Positions 55,629 to 64,000 of a stretch of DNA of 64,000 nt are shown here, piece after piece. Position numbers and translations under genes: made by a program. The notes beneath the pieces were generated by a model. That model ran no database searches. It was not told the DNA's origin and saw only the letters and a list, made by a program, of their open reading frames with translations. Every line of letters starts with the position of its first letter. Positions within the stretch are counted from its first letter, which is position 1. This DNA is from Myxococcales bacterium (lineage in GTDB: Bacteria; Myxococcota_A; Polyangia; Polyangiales; JADJMO01), in assembly GCA_016794445.1 (NCBI GenBank), contig JAEUKC010000313.1, positions 272-64,271 on the forward strand. The letters are read 5' to 3'.

Positions 55629-58241
55629 ATGCTCCGCCCTTCGCTCCGCTTCGGTCTCCTGCTCGCCGCCCTCGTCCCGACCGCCACGACCAGCTGCTCC
55701 TCGAAGGACGACCCGCCGCCGGCGGGCACCCCGGCGAGCACGTTCTCGGCGGTGTTCGACCTGCCGGCGACCGGCAAGGCCGACCTCGTGTCCGTGCCGT
55801 TCCCGAGCGACCTCCTCCTCGACGACAAGGGCACGATCTCGGCCTCGGCGACCGGCGGCGTGGCCAAGCTCGTGCCGTCGAGCAACGGCGCCAAGTACCT
55901 GTCCGAAGCGCTCGCGGCCACGCACGGGTTCGGGGTCTACGGGGGCGCGCTGTTCGCGCTGACCGGCGACGCCCCCGACGCGAGCAAGCTCCCGACCGGA
56001 AAGAAGGGCGACTGTCAGGGCAAGGACGCGCCGGTCTACCTGGTCGACGTCGACGCCGGCACGGTGCTCGACTGCCGCGCGGCGTGGAACGACGACGGCG
56101 CGCTGAACTCCTCGAGCGAGACCCAGCCCATGCTCGCGGTGCAGACGAGCCGCGGCACCGTGCTGCCCGAGAAGCACAGGATCGTCGCGCTGCTCACCAG
56201 CGCGCTGGTCGGCAAGAAGAGCCAGGCCAAGCTCGCGGCCTCGGCCGACTTCGTGGCCATCCGCGACGGTGCGCGCACCGACGCCGCGGCCACGCTCTAC
56301 AAGGCCGGCATCGACAAGGCCGTCGCCAAGCTCGGCATCGACAGGAGCACCGTCGTCGCCGCCGCCGTCTACACGACGGGCGCCGTGACCAGCGACTTCT
56401 TCGCCATGCGCGAGGCCGCCAACGCCACCGCGGCGCCGGTGTTGAAGTGGGGCAAGGAAGACGTCGCGCCCGTGCAGCCCGCGCGCTTCACGACGGTGAC
56501 GCCGCTGCCGACGGGGTGGAACGCCTCGCTCGACGATCTCCTCGGCACGCCCAAGCAGCTCGAGGGCAAGGACGACCCCGACTGGGACGACAACCCCGGT
56601 ATCCCCCACGACGCGCTCGGCGCGATCGGGGTCGCGACGATCGACGCGCCGAACTTCCTCGTCGACGCGCCCACCGGCTACAGCGATCCGAAGCACGGCA
56701 CCGTGTTCCACGACGCCGCAGGCAAGGTCGCGCCGAACCCGAGCCGCCCCACCTCGAAGGTGTGGGTCTCGGTGTTCCTCCCCAAGGCGGCGGCGCCCGC
56801 CGAGGGGTACCCGGTCGTCGTGTTCCAGCACGGCATGGGTGGACAGCGCGGCGACGCGCTCTCGCTGGCGAACACGTTCGCGCGCAAGGGCTGGGCGACG
56901 GTGTCGATCGAGGTGGTGCTGCAGGGCACGCGCGGCGGCTCGGCCACGGCCCGCGGCGACAAGAAGTTCGACTACAAGCGCCCCTCTTCGAAGTACGAGG
57001 GCCCGGACGGCTTCACCGACACGAGCGGCGACGGCGGCAACGAGGGCCCGACCGACCTGTTCGGTGGCCTGTTCCGCCTCGCGGCGCTGCGCGACCAGTT
57101 CCGCCAGGCCGCGGTCGATCACGCGACGCTCTACCGCGTGCTCTCGGCCTCTCCCACCCTCGAAGGGCTTGCGATCGACGGCAAGGCGCCGAAGCTCGAC
57201 GGCACGCGGGTCGCGTACTTCGGCATCTCCCTCGGCGGCATCCTCGGATCGCTGGTCGCCGGCATCGAGCCCGGCCACAGGGCCTATGTGCTGCAGGTCC
57301 CGGGCGGCGCGCTCCTGACGGAGCTCGCGTCGAACAGCCCGGCGATCTACTCGCTGCTCAACGGCTCGGCCGCGCTCAACTTCGGGTATCGCAACTGCCA
57401 GGCGCCGCCGTGGCATCCGATGGTGCAGCTCATGCAGCACGTGATCGACGGCGGCGACCCGATCGGCGTCGCGGGCGCGGTGATCACCAGCACGGTGGCG
57501 GGGGCCAAGCCACGCAACGTGCTGATGTTCGAGGCGCTCGCCGACGAGCTGGTCTCGAACGAGGCGACCGAGGGGCTCGCCAAGGCGATGGGGCTCCGCC
57601 TCGTCGACCCGTCGGTGCAACTGCTCGCCGATCTCGTGAAGGTGCCGGGCACCGGCGCGACCGGCGTGCCGCGCCCCGAGTCGACCGGCCTGCTCGTGCA
57701 GCTCTCGCCGGCCCAGCACGGCCGGCACGTGACCTCTCGCAAGGGGCAGCGCTCGTTCGCGGCGAAGCACTCGCTGTTCGGCGATCCGGCGGAGGATCCC
57801 TTCCCCGCGCTGCCGGCGCCGGTGAAGTTCGAGAACCCGTACCTCGAGACCCAGGACGCCAGCGTCAAGTTCATCGACGACGCCTTCGCCGGGAAGGTGC
57901 CCACCGTCACCTGGACCAAGGCACCGGTCGCGCCCGCCGACAGACGCCTGGCGGGCAGGCCCGACGGATTTTATGGCAATCGACATAGGACGCCCTTGCG
58001 TTCTATACCGGGCGACATATTCAAGGGGCATGACCGACCAGCCGCTCGCGCGTCCGCTCGTCCTCCCCGGCGGGTTGTCGCTCCCGAACCGCCTCGCCAA
58101 GTCCGCCATGAGCGAGGTGCTCGGCGACGCCGAGGGCGCGCCGACCGACCGCTTGATCCGCCTCTACGAGCGGTTCGGTCGCGGGGGCGCGGGCCTCCTG
58201 ATCACGGGGCACGTGATCGTGGCGCGCGAGGGGCGGGGTGA
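55629..58241 (+). CDS. large lipoprotein with alpha/beta-hydrolase (lipase/esterase-like) domain; functional 3' end uncertain
   Basis: Track ORF, 870 aa. Lipobox ATTSC, FQHGMGG and GISLGG motifs. Protein-like sequence fades after about 57950, but the first in-frame stop is at 58239-58241, inside the next gene. Confidence 0.75.
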   Translation: MLRPSLRFGLLLAALVPTATTSCSSKDDPPPAGTPASTFSAVFDLPATGKADLVSVPFPSDLLLDDKGTISASATGGVAKLVPSSNGAKYLSEALAATHGFGVYGGALFALTGDAPDASKLPTGKKGDCQGKDAPVYLVDVDAGTVLDCRAAWNDDGALNSSSETQPMLAVQTSRGTVLPEKHRIVALLTSALVGKKSQAKLAASADFVAIRDGARTDAAATLYKAGIDKAVAKLGIDRSTVVAAAVYTTGAVTSDFFAMREAANATAAPVLKWGKEDVAPVQPARFTTVTPLPTGWNASLDDLLGTPKQLEGKDDPDWDDNPGIPHDALGAIGVATIDAPNFLVDAPTGYSDPKHGTVFHDAAGKVAPNPSRPTSKVWVSVFLPKAAAPAEGYPVVVFQHGMGGQRGDALSLANTFARKGWATVSIEVVLQGTRGGSATARGDKKFDYKRPSSKYEGPDGFTDTSGDGGNEGPTDLFGGLFRLAALRDQFRQAAVDHATLYRVLSASPTLEGLAIDGKAPKLDGTRVAYFGISLGGILGSLVAGIEPGHRAYVLQVPGGALLTELASNSPAIYSLLNGSAALNFGYRNCQAPPWHPMVQLMQHVIDGGDPIGVAGAVITSTVAGAKPRNVLMFEALADELVSNEATEGLAKAMGLRLVDPSVQLLADLVKVPGTGATGVPRPESTGLLVQLSPAQHGRHVTSRKGQRSFAAKHSLFGDPAEDPFPALPAPVKFENPYLETQDASVKFIDDAFAGKVPTVTWTKAPVAPADRRLAGRPDGFYGNRHRTPLRSIPGDIFKGHDRPAARASARPPRRVVAPEPPRQVRHERGARRRRGRADRPLDPPLRAVRSRGRGPPDHGARDRGARGAG
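57972..58019. promoter_or_regulatory. two 16-nt operator-like repeats TATnnnnnnCGACATA, 32 bp apart, overlapping a sigma-70-like promoter
   Basis: TATGGCAATCGACATA (57972-57987) and TATACCGGGCGACATA (58004-58019). TCGACA (57980-57985), 18 nt spacer, TATACC (58004-58009). AT-richer island just upstream of the OYE-TetR operon. Confidence 0.35.
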
Positions 58242-59250
58242 GCCGGGCAACGTGCTGCTCGAGGACGCGCGGCACCTCCCCGCGCTGCGGCGCTGGGCCG
58301 AGGCAGGTCAGGCGCACGGGAGCCGCGTGTTCGTGCAGCTCAACCACACCGGGCGGCAGTCCCCGCGGCGGCTCACGCCGGTACCGGTCGCGCCTTCGGC
58401 GGTGGGTCTGCGCGGCTTCTTCGGCACCTTCGCCACGCCGCGCGCGCTGACGGGTGCCGAGGTGGAGGGCCTCATCGGGCGCTTCGCGACGGCGGCCTCG
58501 CTCGCCAAGGACGCGGGCTTCGCGGGCGTCCAGATCCACGGCGCCCACGGGTACCTCGTGAGCCAGTTCCTCTCGCCGCTCGCCAACCGCCGCGACGACG
58601 AGTGGGGCGGCTCGCTCGAGAACCGCATGCGCTTCCTGCTCTCGATCGTGCGGGCGATGCGCGCCGCGGTCGGGCCCGACTATCCGATCGCCGTGAAGCT
58701 CAACTCCGCCGACTTCCAGCGCGGCGGCTTCGAGCTCGACGACGCCAAGGTCGTGGCGCAGGCGCTCGAGGCGTCCGGGGTCGCGCTGCTCGAGATCTCG
58801 GGCGGCAACTACGAGTCGCCCGCCATGGCCGGGAGCGGCGAGCTGCCCACGCGGGTCCGCGCGAGCACGCGCCTCCGGGAGGCCTATTTCCTCGAGTACG
58901 CGCGCGAGATCCGCGCGGTCACCCGGCTGCCGTTGATGCTCACCGGCGGCATGCGCACGGCGGCCACCATGAACGAGGTGCTCGCGAGCGGCTCGGTCGA
59001 CGTGATCGGGCTGGCCCGGCCGCTCACCTTCGAGCCCGACCTGCCGGCGCGGCTCGTGAGCGGCGCCGCCGATGGTGCGCGGCCGTTGAAGATCCACACC
59101 GGCGTGAAGAAGATCGACGACATGCTGCAGGTGTTCTGGTTCCAGCAGCAGCTCCACCGCATGGCCGACGGCCTCGAGCCCGACCCGGCGCTCGGGCGGT
59201 TCGCCGCGCTCGCCCACGGCGTGCGTCACACGCTGTTCGCCTCGTCATGA
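58030..59250 (+). CDS. NADH:flavin oxidoreductase (Old Yellow Enzyme family)
   Basis: ATG 58030 in track ORF 57973..59250 (GC3 is low before it). PLVLPGGLSLPNRLAKSAM, VQLNHTGRQ, IHGAHGYLVSQFLSP. Confidence 0.92.
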   Translation: MTDQPLARPLVLPGGLSLPNRLAKSAMSEVLGDAEGAPTDRLIRLYERFGRGGAGLLITGHVIVAREGRGEPGNVLLEDARHLPALRRWAEAGQAHGSRVFVQLNHTGRQSPRRLTPVPVAPSAVGLRGFFGTFATPRALTGAEVEGLIGRFATAASLAKDAGFAGVQIHGAHGYLVSQFLSPLANRRDDEWGGSLENRMRFLLSIVRAMRAAVGPDYPIAVKLNSADFQRGGFELDDAKVVAQALEASGVALLEISGGNYESPAMAGSGELPTRVRASTRLREAYFLEYAREIRAVTRLPLMLTGGMRTAATMNEVLASGSVDVIGLARPLTFEPDLPARLVSGAADGARPLKIHTGVKKIDDMLQVFWFQQQLHRMADGLEPDPALGRFAALAHGVRHTLFASS

Positions 59251-59831
59251 GCAAGAAGGGCGAACAGAGCCGGCAGAAGCTGGTCGACGCGACGGCCACG
59301 CTGCTGCAGCGGCAGGGCTACCACGCGACCGGCCTCGCCGAGATCGTCGCCGAGAGCGGGGCGCCCCGCGGGTCGCTCTACTTCTACTTCCCCGGCGGCA
59401 AGGAGGAGCTCGCGTGCGCGGCCCTCGAGGCGAGCGGCGCCCGCTGGCGCGAGGTGATCGAGGCCGTCGTCGGCTCGGTGCACGACCCGGGCGAGGCGGT
59501 CGAGACGGTGTGTCGGTTCCTCGGCGAAGGGCTCGCGGCGTCGGGGTTCGTCGAGGGGTGCCCGCTCGCGACGGTGGGGCTCGAGGCGACCAACGAGTCG
59601 GAGCTCGTGCGAACCACGATCGCGAAGCACTACGAGGGGTGGACGGAGCGCATCGGCGCGCGGCTGGTCGCGGCGGGGGTGGACGCGGAGAGCGCCCGCA
59701 AGATGGCCACGTTCGCGCTCGCGACGATCGAGGGGGCTCTGCTCTTGAGCAAGGTGGGGCGCTCCCCTGCCCCGCTGTTCGAGGCCGGCGCGATGTTGCG
59801 GGCGCTGGTCGGCACCCTGCCGGGGCGGTGA
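59247..59831 (+). CDS. TetR/AcrR family transcriptional regulator
   Basis: ATG 59247 overlaps the OYE stop (ATGA), in the frame of track ORF 58602..59831. HTH region LLQRQGYHATGLAEIVAESGAPRGSLYFYFPGGKEEL. Confidence 0.92.
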   Translation: MSKKGEQSRQKLVDATATLLQRQGYHATGLAEIVAESGAPRGSLYFYFPGGKEELACAALEASGARWREVIEAVVGSVHDPGEAVETVCRFLGEGLAASGFVEGCPLATVGLEATNESELVRTTIAKHYEGWTERIGARLVAAGVDAESARKMATFALATIEGALLLSKVGRSPAPLFEAGAMLRALVGTLPGR

Positions 59832-59912
59832 GAATCTCCTCGCGAAGTGTCGATCGGGGCGCGACTCGTTCGTCGTCCTGGACACGAGGGCCGATCCGGC
59901 CGAGGAGTCCGC

Positions 59913-60578
59913 ATGTCCAAGCTACGAGTCAACGCATTCTCGGTCTCGCTCGACGGCTATGGCGCCGGGCCCGATCAGGCCCTCGACCAGCCGATGGGGG
60001 TGGGCGGCATGGCGCTGCACGCCTGGGTGTTCGGGACGCGGACGTTCCAGCGGATCCACGGCGACTTCGCCGGCGACCTTGTCCCCGCGCAAGAGGGACG
60101 GGTGGACGTCGACGACGCCTTCGCGGCGCGGGGCTTCGAGAACGTCGGCGCCTGGATCCTCGGCCGTCACATGTTCGGACCCTCGCGCGGCCCCTGGCCG
60201 GACGACGACTGGAAGGGCTGGTGGGGCAAGAACCCGCCCTACCACGTGCCGGTGTTCGTCTTGACCCACCACGCCCGCGCGCCGATCGCGATGGAGGGCG
60301 GGACCACGTTCCACTTCGTGACCGACGGCATCCACGCGGCGCTCGCGCGCGCGAAGGAGGCGGCCCAGGGCAAGGACGTCCGACTCGGCGGGGGCGTGGC
60401 CACGGTGCGTCAGTACCTGACGGCCGGGCTGATCGACGAGCTGCACCTCGCCATCGCGCCGGCGCTGCTCGGGCGCGGCGAGCACCTGCTCGCGGGCATC
60501 GACACGGTCTCCCTCGGCTATCGGTGCGCGGAACACGCACCGAGCAGCCAAGCGACACACGTTGTGCTGACCAAGTGA
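59913..60578 (+). CDS. dihydrofolate reductase-like (RibD C-terminal domain) protein
   Basis: ATG 59913 in track ORF 59847..60578. LRVNAFSVSLDGYGAG...VRLGGGVATVRQYLTAGLIDELHL is typical of the RibD_C family. Confidence 0.85.
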   Translation: MSKLRVNAFSVSLDGYGAGPDQALDQPMGVGGMALHAWVFGTRTFQRIHGDFAGDLVPAQEGRVDVDDAFAARGFENVGAWILGRHMFGPSRGPWPDDDWKGWWGKNPPYHVPVFVLTHHARAPIAMEGGTTFHFVTDGIHAALARAKEAAQGKDVRLGGGVATVRQYLTAGLIDELHLAIAPALLGRGEHLLAGIDTVSLGYRCAEHAPSSQATHVVLTK

Positions 60579-60591
60579 GAAGGAGAGAACG

Positions 60592-61029
60592 ATGAAGGTC
60601 CTGGTGATCGTGAAGGCAACCAAGAACTCCGAGGCGGGGGTCCTGCCGGACGAGAAGCTGCTCGCCGCGATGGGCAAGTACAACGAGGAGCTCGTGAAGG
60701 CCGGCGTGATGGTCGGCGGCGAGGGCCTGCACCCGAGCCGCAAGGGCAAGCGTGTGCGCTTCTCCGGTGGTGGCGAGAAGGTGATCCTCGACGGGCCGTT
60801 CGCCGAGACCAAGGAGCTCGTGGCGGGGTTCTGGATCTGGCAGGTGAAGTCGATCGAGGAGGCGGTCGAGTGGGCGCGACGCTGCCCCGACTGCATGCCG
60901 GGCGAGGAGTCCGAGCTCGAGATCCGGCCGGTCTTCGAGGCCGAGGACTTCGGCGAGGCGTTCACGCCAGAGCTACGCGCGCAGGAGGAGCGCTTGCGCG
61001 CCGAGGTCGAGCGCCAGCAGAAGGCCTGA
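60592..61029 (+). CDS. YCII-related (DGPF) domain protein
   Basis: Track ORF. Preceded by GAAGGAGAG. DGPFAETKELVAGFWIWQV motif. Confidence 0.85.
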   Translation: MKVLVIVKATKNSEAGVLPDEKLLAAMGKYNEELVKAGVMVGGEGLHPSRKGKRVRFSGGGEKVILDGPFAETKELVAGFWIWQVKSIEEAVEWARRCPDCMPGEESELEIRPVFEAEDFGEAFTPELRAQEERLRAEVERQQKA

Positions 61030-61066
61030 CGCCTGGCGACCGACGCAGATCGGTTACACTGCGGGC

Positions 61067-62329
61067 ATGCGTCGGTTCCTCCTTGCCTTGTTCGCGGTCG
61101 CGGGGTGTGCCAACGCCGGGTCGGACGAGATCGACCTCGGCGACAGCACCGCCGAGGCCGCGAGCGACGCGAGCGGCGAGACGGCCGACGCGTCGAAGGA
61201 CACCGGGACCAGCGACGCCAAGACCGACGGCGTGACCGACGTGGCCCCCGACGCCGACGCGGGCACCGACGCCGGGAAGAAGCCCTGCAAGGCCAGCACC
61301 GAGTGCGGCACGGGCACCTGCTGCGACGGCTTCTGCACGTTCGTCGGCACCGACCCGGAGAACTGCGGCGTGTGCGGCCGGCGCTGCGCGGTCGACCACG
61401 CCGTCGCCAAGTGCTCGGGCGGCGGGTGCACGATCGGCACGTGCATCGCCCCGTGGGACGACTGCAACAAGAACGACAGCGACGGCTGCGAGGTCGACAC
61501 CTCGACCAACCCGGGCCACTGCGGCGTGTGCTTCGCCAAGTGCTCGTCCACGAGCGGCACCGCCACCTGCGTCGCGAGCAAGTGCGACGTCAGCTGCCCC
61601 GCAGGGTTCGGCAACTGCAACAAGGACCCGAAGGACGGCTGCGAGGCCGACTTCGCCAAGGACACCAAGAACTGCGGCGGCTGCGGGCTCTCGCCGGTCG
61701 AGGCGTGCAACGGCAAGGACGACGACTGCGACGGCACGCCCGACGACGGCTTCGCCTGCGTGCAGGGCAGCGCGCCGGTCTCCTGCACGACGAGCTGCGG
61801 CACCACGGGCAGCCGCACGTGCAGCAGCACCTGCGCCCTCTCGGCGTGCAACCCGCCGGCCGAGAGCTGCAACCTCGTCGACGACGACTGCAACGGCAAG
61901 TGCGACGACCTCGACGGCTGTCGCACCGCGGTGCACCGGTTCTACAAGAGCAGCACCGACGAGCACTTCTACACGGTGAGCAAGCCCGAGGGCACCGGCG
62001 CGGGCTTCACGCTCGAGTACGGCGACTACTACTTCCTCTACGCCGGCGCGCAGCCCGGCACGGTCGCGTTCTACCGGTGCGTGCTGTCGTCGGGGTTCCA
62101 CTTCTACACGACGAGCGCCACCTGCGAGGGCTCGCCCGGCAGCGTGAAGGAGGGCACGATGGGCTACATCGCGACCAGCGCGGTGTGCGGCGCGACCCCG
62201 CTCTACCGTCTGGCCAAGGGCAACGACCACTTCTTCACCACGAGCAGCAGCGAGCGCGCGAGCGCCATCGGCAGCGGCTACGTGGACGAGGGCATCGCGG
62301 GCTACGTGTGGCCCGCCACGAAGGGGTGA
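61067..62329 (+). CDS. lipoprotein with MopE-like Cys-rich metal-binding-type repeats and C-terminal DUF5648-like repeats
   Basis: Lipobox AVAGC. CNGKDDDCDG and CNLVDDDCNGKCDD. Three repeats of the type HRFYKSSTDEHFYT / LYRLAKGNDHFFTT. Confidence 0.8.
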   Translation: MRRFLLALFAVAGCANAGSDEIDLGDSTAEAASDASGETADASKDTGTSDAKTDGVTDVAPDADAGTDAGKKPCKASTECGTGTCCDGFCTFVGTDPENCGVCGRRCAVDHAVAKCSGGGCTIGTCIAPWDDCNKNDSDGCEVDTSTNPGHCGVCFAKCSSTSGTATCVASKCDVSCPAGFGNCNKDPKDGCEADFAKDTKNCGGCGLSPVEACNGKDDDCDGTPDDGFACVQGSAPVSCTTSCGTTGSRTCSSTCALSACNPPAESCNLVDDDCNGKCDDLDGCRTAVHRFYKSSTDEHFYTVSKPEGTGAGFTLEYGDYYFLYAGAQPGTVAFYRCVLSSGFHFYTTSATCEGSPGSVKEGTMGYIATSAVCGATPLYRLAKGNDHFFTTSSSERASAIGSGYVDEGIAGYVWPATKG

Positions 62330-62333
62330 GCCG

Positions 62334-63401
62334 GTGAGCCTGCGCACGGAGCTCGAGGCGGTGCTGCGCCCGTTCGGCGAGGCGCACACGTTGCCCACCG
62401 CCTGCTACGTCGACCCCGAGCACTTCGCGCGGGAGCGGCGGGTGATCCTCGATCGTTCCTGGATCTGCGTGGGCCGCGAGGAGGAGGTCGCCCTCCCGGG
62501 CGCGTTCGTGCTCGCGCCGACCGACGCGGCGGGCATCGTGGTGGTCCGTGGCCACGACCTCGTGCTGCGCGCGTTCCGCAACGTGTGCGCGCACCGGGCG
62601 ATGCCGCTCGTCGAGGGGAGCGGCCGCTGCGAGCACCTCGTCTGCCCCTACCACGGCTGGAAATACGACCTCGACGGTCGGACGCGCCAGGAGGGCCGCG
62701 CGCTGCGGGAGGTGGCCGTGTCCTGCCACCGCGGCTTCGTGTTCGTGCGGATCGAGGGCGACCGTCCGTACGACGAGCGCCTCCCGCCGTGGCTCGCCGC
62801 GGCCTACCTCGGCCAGCTCTCGCGCGTCGGCCGCACCACCAACGAGGTCGCCGCCAACTGGAAGCTGCTCGTCGAGAACTTCCAGGAGTCGCACCACTTC
62901 GGCCCCGTGCACCGCGGCCTCGAGCGGTGGACCCCGCACACCGCCGCGACCACCTGGTCCGGCGAGGGCGCGTGGCTCGGGGGCCGCATGCCGATCGTCG
63001 AGGGCGCCGAGACCGTCTCGCGCTCCGGCCGCTTCGGCGGGCGTCGGATGCTCGTGCCCGCCGGCGCCGACGTGCGTACCGTGCACGACGCGATGCGCTT
63101 CCCCACGCTGCTCACGAGCCTGCAGCCGGACTACCTGCTCACCTACCGACTCTACCCGCGCGCGGTCGACCGCACGATCGTCGTCGCCGACACGTTCTTC
63201 CACCCAGCGTCGAGCGGCGACCCGGACGACGTGCTCGCGTTCTGGGCCCAGGTGAACGCCGAGGACCGGGGGGTGTGCGAGGCGCAGCAGCGCGGCATGG
63301 CCTCGGGGCACGCGGTGCCCGGCCCCTATGCGTCGTGCGAAGACGGCGTGCACGCCTTCGACGCGAAGGTGGCGCGCGCGCTCCTCGAGGAGGCCCCGTG
63401 A
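62334..63401 (+). CDS. Rieske [2Fe-2S] non-heme-iron oxygenase alpha subunit
   Basis: Rieske motif CAHR...CPYHGW. Mononuclear-iron region NWKLLVENFQESHHFGPVH. Confidence 0.9.
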   Translation: MSLRTELEAVLRPFGEAHTLPTACYVDPEHFARERRVILDRSWICVGREEEVALPGAFVLAPTDAAGIVVVRGHDLVLRAFRNVCAHRAMPLVEGSGRCEHLVCPYHGWKYDLDGRTRQEGRALREVAVSCHRGFVFVRIEGDRPYDERLPPWLAAAYLGQLSRVGRTTNEVAANWKLLVENFQESHHFGPVHRGLERWTPHTAATTWSGEGAWLGGRMPIVEGAETVSRSGRFGGRRMLVPAGADVRTVHDAMRFPTLLTSLQPDYLLTYRLYPRAVDRTIVVADTFFHPASSGDPDDVLAFWAQVNAEDRGVCEAQQRGMASGHAVPGPYASCEDGVHAFDAKVARALLEEAP

Positions 63402-64000
63402 GCAAGCTCTGGGGCGTGTTCGGGCAGCCCTACCTCGATCTGTCGCCCTACTTCGACACGAGCTGTTTCCCGCGGCTCGATCGCGAGATCACGCGCGGCC
63501 TCGCCGAGCTCGAGAGCGAGGGCACGGGCGGGAGCCTGAAGTGGATGGGGGTCGTCGCGCCGTGGCAGGTCGACGACGGCTACGAGGACCTCGGCTTCGC
63601 CATCGAGCGCATGTCCGAAGAGGACCTGCTCGATCTCGTGGCGCTCGCGGACGACCCGGCCGCGTTCGACCGCGACAAGCTCCGCAGCTACACGTTCGGC
63701 GACGAGACCGACCACCCGCTCAACCTCCGGCAGCAGCGGCTGCTCGCCTACCGCCACGGGGTCTATTTTCCGTGGAAGGTGTGCCTCCACCTGCTCGAGA
63801 ACGACCGCTGGGAGGACAAGCACTCGGGCCAGGGCAAGCGCTTCACCGAGGACGCCGAGCGCGTGTTCCCGGAGACGCTCGCGTTCCTCCGCGCTCTGCC
63901 CTTCACCGAGATCGGTCGCTGCGTGATCTTCGGGCTGCAGGCCCACGACCACGCGCCGTTCCACCGCGACACCGAGCCCGGCAAGGACGGCGTCGCGCAC
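63398..64000 (+). CDS. hypothetical protein, 3' end outside window; possible cupin/Fe(II)-oxygenase HxD motif
   Basis: Not in the ORF track because there is no stop in the window. GTG 63398 overlaps the Rieske stop (GTGA). I translated 201 codons by hand with uniformly high GC3 (VSKLWGVFGQPYLDLSPYF...GLQAHDHAPFHRDTEPGKDGVAH). Confidence 0.7.
   Translation, partial: MSKLWGVFGQPYLDLSPYFDTSCFPRLDREITRGLAELESEGTGGSLKWMGVVAPWQVDDGYEDLGFAIERMSEEDLLDLVALADDPAAFDRDKLRSYTFGDETDHPLNLRQQRLLAYRHGVYFPWKVCLHLLENDRWEDKHSGQGKRFTEDAERVFPETLAFLRALPFTEIGRCVIFGLQAHDHAPFHRDTEPGKDGVAH

Noticed and set aside
57973-58029. Upstream ATG 57973 as the start of the OYE gene
   Set aside because: 9 of the 19 intervening codons end in A/T, against about 90% GC3 in the gene. 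OYE homology begins right after ATG 58030. The region looks like a promoter/operator.

Overview
Very GC-rich window (roughly 70% or more by eye, not computed) with strong GC3 bias. Many of the long six-frame ORFs are therefore antisense or alternate-frame artefacts. The gene content points to a myxobacterial (Myxococcota, Polyangia/Sandaracinus-like) chromosome: many lipoproteins with D/T/G/P-rich linkers, PEGA and AgmX-like domains, Ser/Thr kinases and MopE-like Cys-rich repeats. This taxonomic call is inference only. About 60 protein genes are supported. Housekeeping genes: dnaE, birA, an IHF-like gene, tyrS, comEC, purH, trpD-trpC, yajC-secD-secF, recJ, and two tandem trans-sulfuration PLP enzymes. 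These are interleaved with envelope and lipoprotein operons, and from about 54.3 kb onward there is a small detox/accessory stretch (alpha/beta hydrolases, OYE flavin reductase plus TetR, RibD_C, YCII, Rieske oxygenase). I saw no rRNA or tRNA genes, no CRISPR array, no transposase or integrase, and no recognisable phage-defence or toxin-antitoxin module. I cannot point to a convincing self-contained novel multi-gene system. The most unexplained sequence is a set of highly structured GC-rich repeat elements filling three convergent intergenic regions (732-935, 8780-9093, 25527-25854). They contain nested inverted repeats, a perfect 73-nt direct repeat, shared modules between loci and one compensatory stem change. 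Secondary leads: an orphan lysine-5,6-aminomutase alpha-like gene translationally coupled to recJ; a hydrolase gene with no stop codon before the next promoter and gene; helically phased short repeats upstream of yajC-secDF; a DUF4266/DUF3570 envelope operon variant; and a Rieske oxygenase coupled to a partial HxD-motif gene at the window edge. Coordinates of start codons are best guesses from frame arithmetic, SD-like motifs and GC3 onset.
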